A DNA stretch of 64,000 bases from Pristiophorus japonicus (lineage: Eukaryota). The position numbers and the translations under genes are program-made. The stretch lies in the NCBI RefSeq assembly GCF_044704955.1, contig NC_091977.1, positions 11,284,001 through 11,348,000 on the forward strand, in the 5' to 3' direction. This document shows, piece after piece, positions 61,255-64,000 of this stretch. Position 1 is the first letter of the stretch. Each line of letters opens with the position of its first letter. The notes under the pieces are model-generated. The model saw only the letters and a list, made by a program, of their open reading frames with translations, ran no database searches and had not been told where the DNA came from.

Positions 61255-62575
61255 ACTTTACAGCAGCCTCCAAAATCCGTGCCCACCTTTCCCAGAACTC
61301 CATGTTTGGATCCCTCCAATCAGGTTTCCGCGCCTGCCACAGTACCGAAACGGCTCTTACCAAAGTCACAAATGACATCCTATGTGACCGTGATGAAAGT
61401 ATCGCTCTTCGTCCTTCTCGATTTGTCTGCAGCCTTTGGCACAGTCGACCATTCTATCCTTCTCCAACGCCTCTCCACCGTTGTCCAGCTGGGTGGAACT
61501 GCACTCGTCTGGTTCCATTCTAATCTATCTAATCGTAGCCAGAAAATCTCCTGCAATGGCTTCTCTTCCCACTCCCACATCGTTACCTCTGGTGGCCCCC
61601 AAGGATCTGTCCTTGGCCCTCTCCTATATCTCAGCTACATGCTGCCCCTCGGCGACAACATCCGAAAAGTTTCTAAATGTATACCACGCCATCCAGCTAT
61701 ACCTCACCACATCTCTTGACTGCTCCACTGTCTATAAACAGGATGAGTAGAAATTTCCTCCAACTAAATATTGGGAAGACTGAAACCATTGTCTTCGGTC
61801 TCCATCACAAACTCCATTCCCTAGCCACCACTCCATCCCTCTCCCTAGCATCAGTCTGAGGCTGAACCAGACTGTTTGCAACCTTGGTGTCATATCTGAC
61901 TCTGAAATGAGCTTCCAACCACATATCCACGGCATCACTAAAACCCGCCTATTCTCACCTCCGTGACATTGCCCGACTCCTCCCCTGCCTCAGCTCACCT
62001 GAAACCCTTATCCATGCCTTTGTTACTTGTAGACTTGACTACTCCAAAGCACTCCTGGCTGGCCTCCCATGTTCTACCCTCCATGAACATGAGGTCATTC
62101 AAAACTCTGCTGCCCATGTCCTAACTCGCACCAAGTCCTGTTCATCTAACACCCCTGTGTTCGCTGACCTATATTGGCTCCCGGTTAAGCAACGCCTCAA
62201 TTGTAAAATTCTCATCCTTGTTTTTAAATCCCTCCATGGCCTCGCCCCTCCCTATCTCTGTAATTTCCTCCAGCCCCACAACCCTCCAAGATGTCTGCGC
62301 TCCTCAAATTTTGCCCTCTTGAGCATCCCCAATTTTAATCGCTCCGCCATTGTTTGGCGGTGCCTTCAGCTGCCAAGGGCCCAAGCTCTGAAATTCCCTC
62401 GCTAAACCTCTCCGTCTCTCTAACTCTCTTTACTCCTTAAAACCTACCTCTTTGATCAAGCTTTTGGCCATCTGCCCTAATATCTCCTTGTGTGGCTCTG
62501 TGTCAAATTTTGCTTTATAACACTCCTGTGAAGCGCCTTGGGACCTTTTACTATGCTGAAGGGGCTATATAAATA
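61255..62575 (+). mobile_element. L2-clade LINE RT and 3' end
   Basis: [47 protein letters not shown]. Confidence 0.93.
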
Positions 62576-62733
62576 CAGCTGGGATCTTCCTGGTCTGTTA
62601 GTCACCAGTTACATCATCGGGTGGCTGTTGGTGGTGGGAGGGATTGGGGAAGGAGAGGATGGGTGCAAAGAGCAATATAAAATGATGTTAATGAAAGACG
62701 ACATACATGGTGTCTCCAGAATCAGCCACTGTT

Positions 62734-62739
62734 TTTATT
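62734..62739 (-). terminator. Polyadenylation signal of the ZNF131-like gene
   Basis: AATAAA on the minus strand about 850 nt past the stop, ending a repeat-free 3'UTR. Confidence 0.65.
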
Positions 62740-63585
62740 AACAGGCCTGTAAATGGATTTAATTGCTGTGCATTCACTGTGAACATTTACAGAAGTCAAG
62801 TGGAGCTGGATGACTGGATCGACTCCACGTGTGTGGGGTCCTGTCCGCTTTGCATCCAACATCACCCATAAAAAAAGGTCCTGCGGACCAGCACTTTCTG
62901 ACAGACAAGCCAGACTGCACCAGCTATGTATAAAACACGGACTATCGACATCGACAGTGACAAAAACCTCAGGAACGCGTGCGACCGTGATCTCAAGTCC
63001 GACGGAGCGACGACGGTGGGTGGTGGGGGGGTTGGGGTGGTTTCCAGCGATTGTGACAAGTGCACAATCTACAGTGCATTCATTGCTGCTCCTCTGAAAT
63101 GTTGCAAAGCCGGAGGGTTGGAACTTTCAGCCGCTGGAGGAAAGAGAGTTCCCGTCTCTTCCGGCTCACGCTTACCACGGGCCAACCGCGTCCACGGACC
63201 AAATGACGGCAGCCTGGTCGGAGGGAGCGCCCTCAGCAAACCTGCGACGGTCCTGATGCTCTCGGGCAAGAAGACTTCAATTCCACAGCCTTGGACCGCA
63301 ATTCTATTTAAGTCGGGAGGCAAAAAAAAACAAAGTTGTCCGCCGATCGTAAAAACTTAAAACGTGAGAGTCTGACGGGGGTGGAAACGCGGCCGGCAAA
63401 GCAGTCTCCGCGCTGGCACAGGTGCCATCAGGGCTGCTGTCTGTGCCCTTGTATTGTCCCGTTGACGGACCCCCCACCCGCCATAGGTCGGTAACTTCTC
63501 CTTGCGCTCGCTTGTGTTCGGCCGGTACGTGGAAGATTTCGATCTGGGCCTCAAACCGACCCTCCCCACCTCGGGTGGCCGTCTC

Positions 63586-63840
63586 CTACACCGTCACCTG
63601 CTCGATGATGGTCTCGCCCTCCATCGCCTCGGTGTCGATCAGCTCCACGGGCACCATGATCTCCGTCACTTCGCCCGCCTCCTGCTCGCCAGCGCCGTGC
63701 ACCTCCTTGACGTGCTGTCGCAGCTCACCGGCACGCATGAACCACATGTCGCACACGGTGCAGTGGTTCGGCTTCTCCCCCGTGTGGACCGCCAGGTGGT
63801 TCTTGAACTGGTCCCAGCTGGGGAAGACGCTGGAGCAAAC
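63586..63840 (-). CDS. ZNF131: Last coding exon of a ZNF131 (ZBTB35)-like C2H2 zinc-finger gene
   Basis: Acceptor ttctcaatcgcag| (63841-63842); VCSSVFPSWDQFKNHLAVHTGEKPNHCTVCDMWFMRAGELRQHVKEVH...TIIEQVTV* versus ZNF131 VCNSVFNSWDQFKDHLVIHTGDKPNHCTLCDLWFMQGNELRRHL. Confidence 0.9.
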   Translation of the reverse strand, partial: VCSSVFPSWDQFKNHLAVHTGEKPNHCTVCDMWFMRAGELRQHVKEVHGAGEQEAGEVTEIMVPVELIDTEAMEGETIIEQVTV

Positions 63841-63867
63841 CTGCGATTGAGAATAACAGCACTGGGG

Positions 63868-64000
63868 TTAGTACAAGGCACAAGTCAGGAGTGCAATGGA
63901 ACACTCTCCACTTGCCTGGATCAGCGCAGTTCCAAAAGCACTCAAGAAGCTCAACACCATCCAGGACAAAGCAGCCCGCATGATCAGCACCCCATCCACC
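63868..64000 (+). mobile_element. CR1-group LINE fragment in the ZNF131-like intron
   Basis: YKAQVRSAMEHSPLAWISA....LKKLNTIQDKAARMI. Confidence 0.8.

Noticed and set aside
62926-63850. Plus-strand ORFs of 144 and 142 aa
   Set aside because: Antisense to the GC-rich ZNF131-like exon and its 3'UTR; no recognisable protein features

Overview
Vertebrate genomic DNA, most likely a cartilaginous fish (inferred from the repeat families). Most of the window is decayed or recent non-LTR retrotransposons: at least two CR1-clade families, plus L2 and RTE LINEs and SINEs, often nested 3-4 levels deep. There are also two minisatellites, a Tigger/pogo-type MITE and a Gypsy RT fragment. Host-derived coding sequence is sparse. 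On the minus strand lie two V-set Ig exons of a Siglec-15-like receptor (7690-8076, and 2430-2776 with a 1-nt frameshift) and the last coding exon plus 3'UTR of a ZNF131-like gene (63586-63840). On the plus strand there is an RPL32 retrocopy fragment (18519-18659). The most unusual items are (i) a 388-bp orphan cassette with an 84-codon ORF and a terminal 18-bp hairpin, flanked by a 46-bp duplication (60507-60985), and (ii) an apparent 5'-transduction by an RTE-tailed non-autonomous element (49057-49998). Most ORFs in the supplied track are LINE ORF1/ORF2 pieces or their antisense shadows. Repeat boundaries were read by eye and are approximate unless a junction is quoted.
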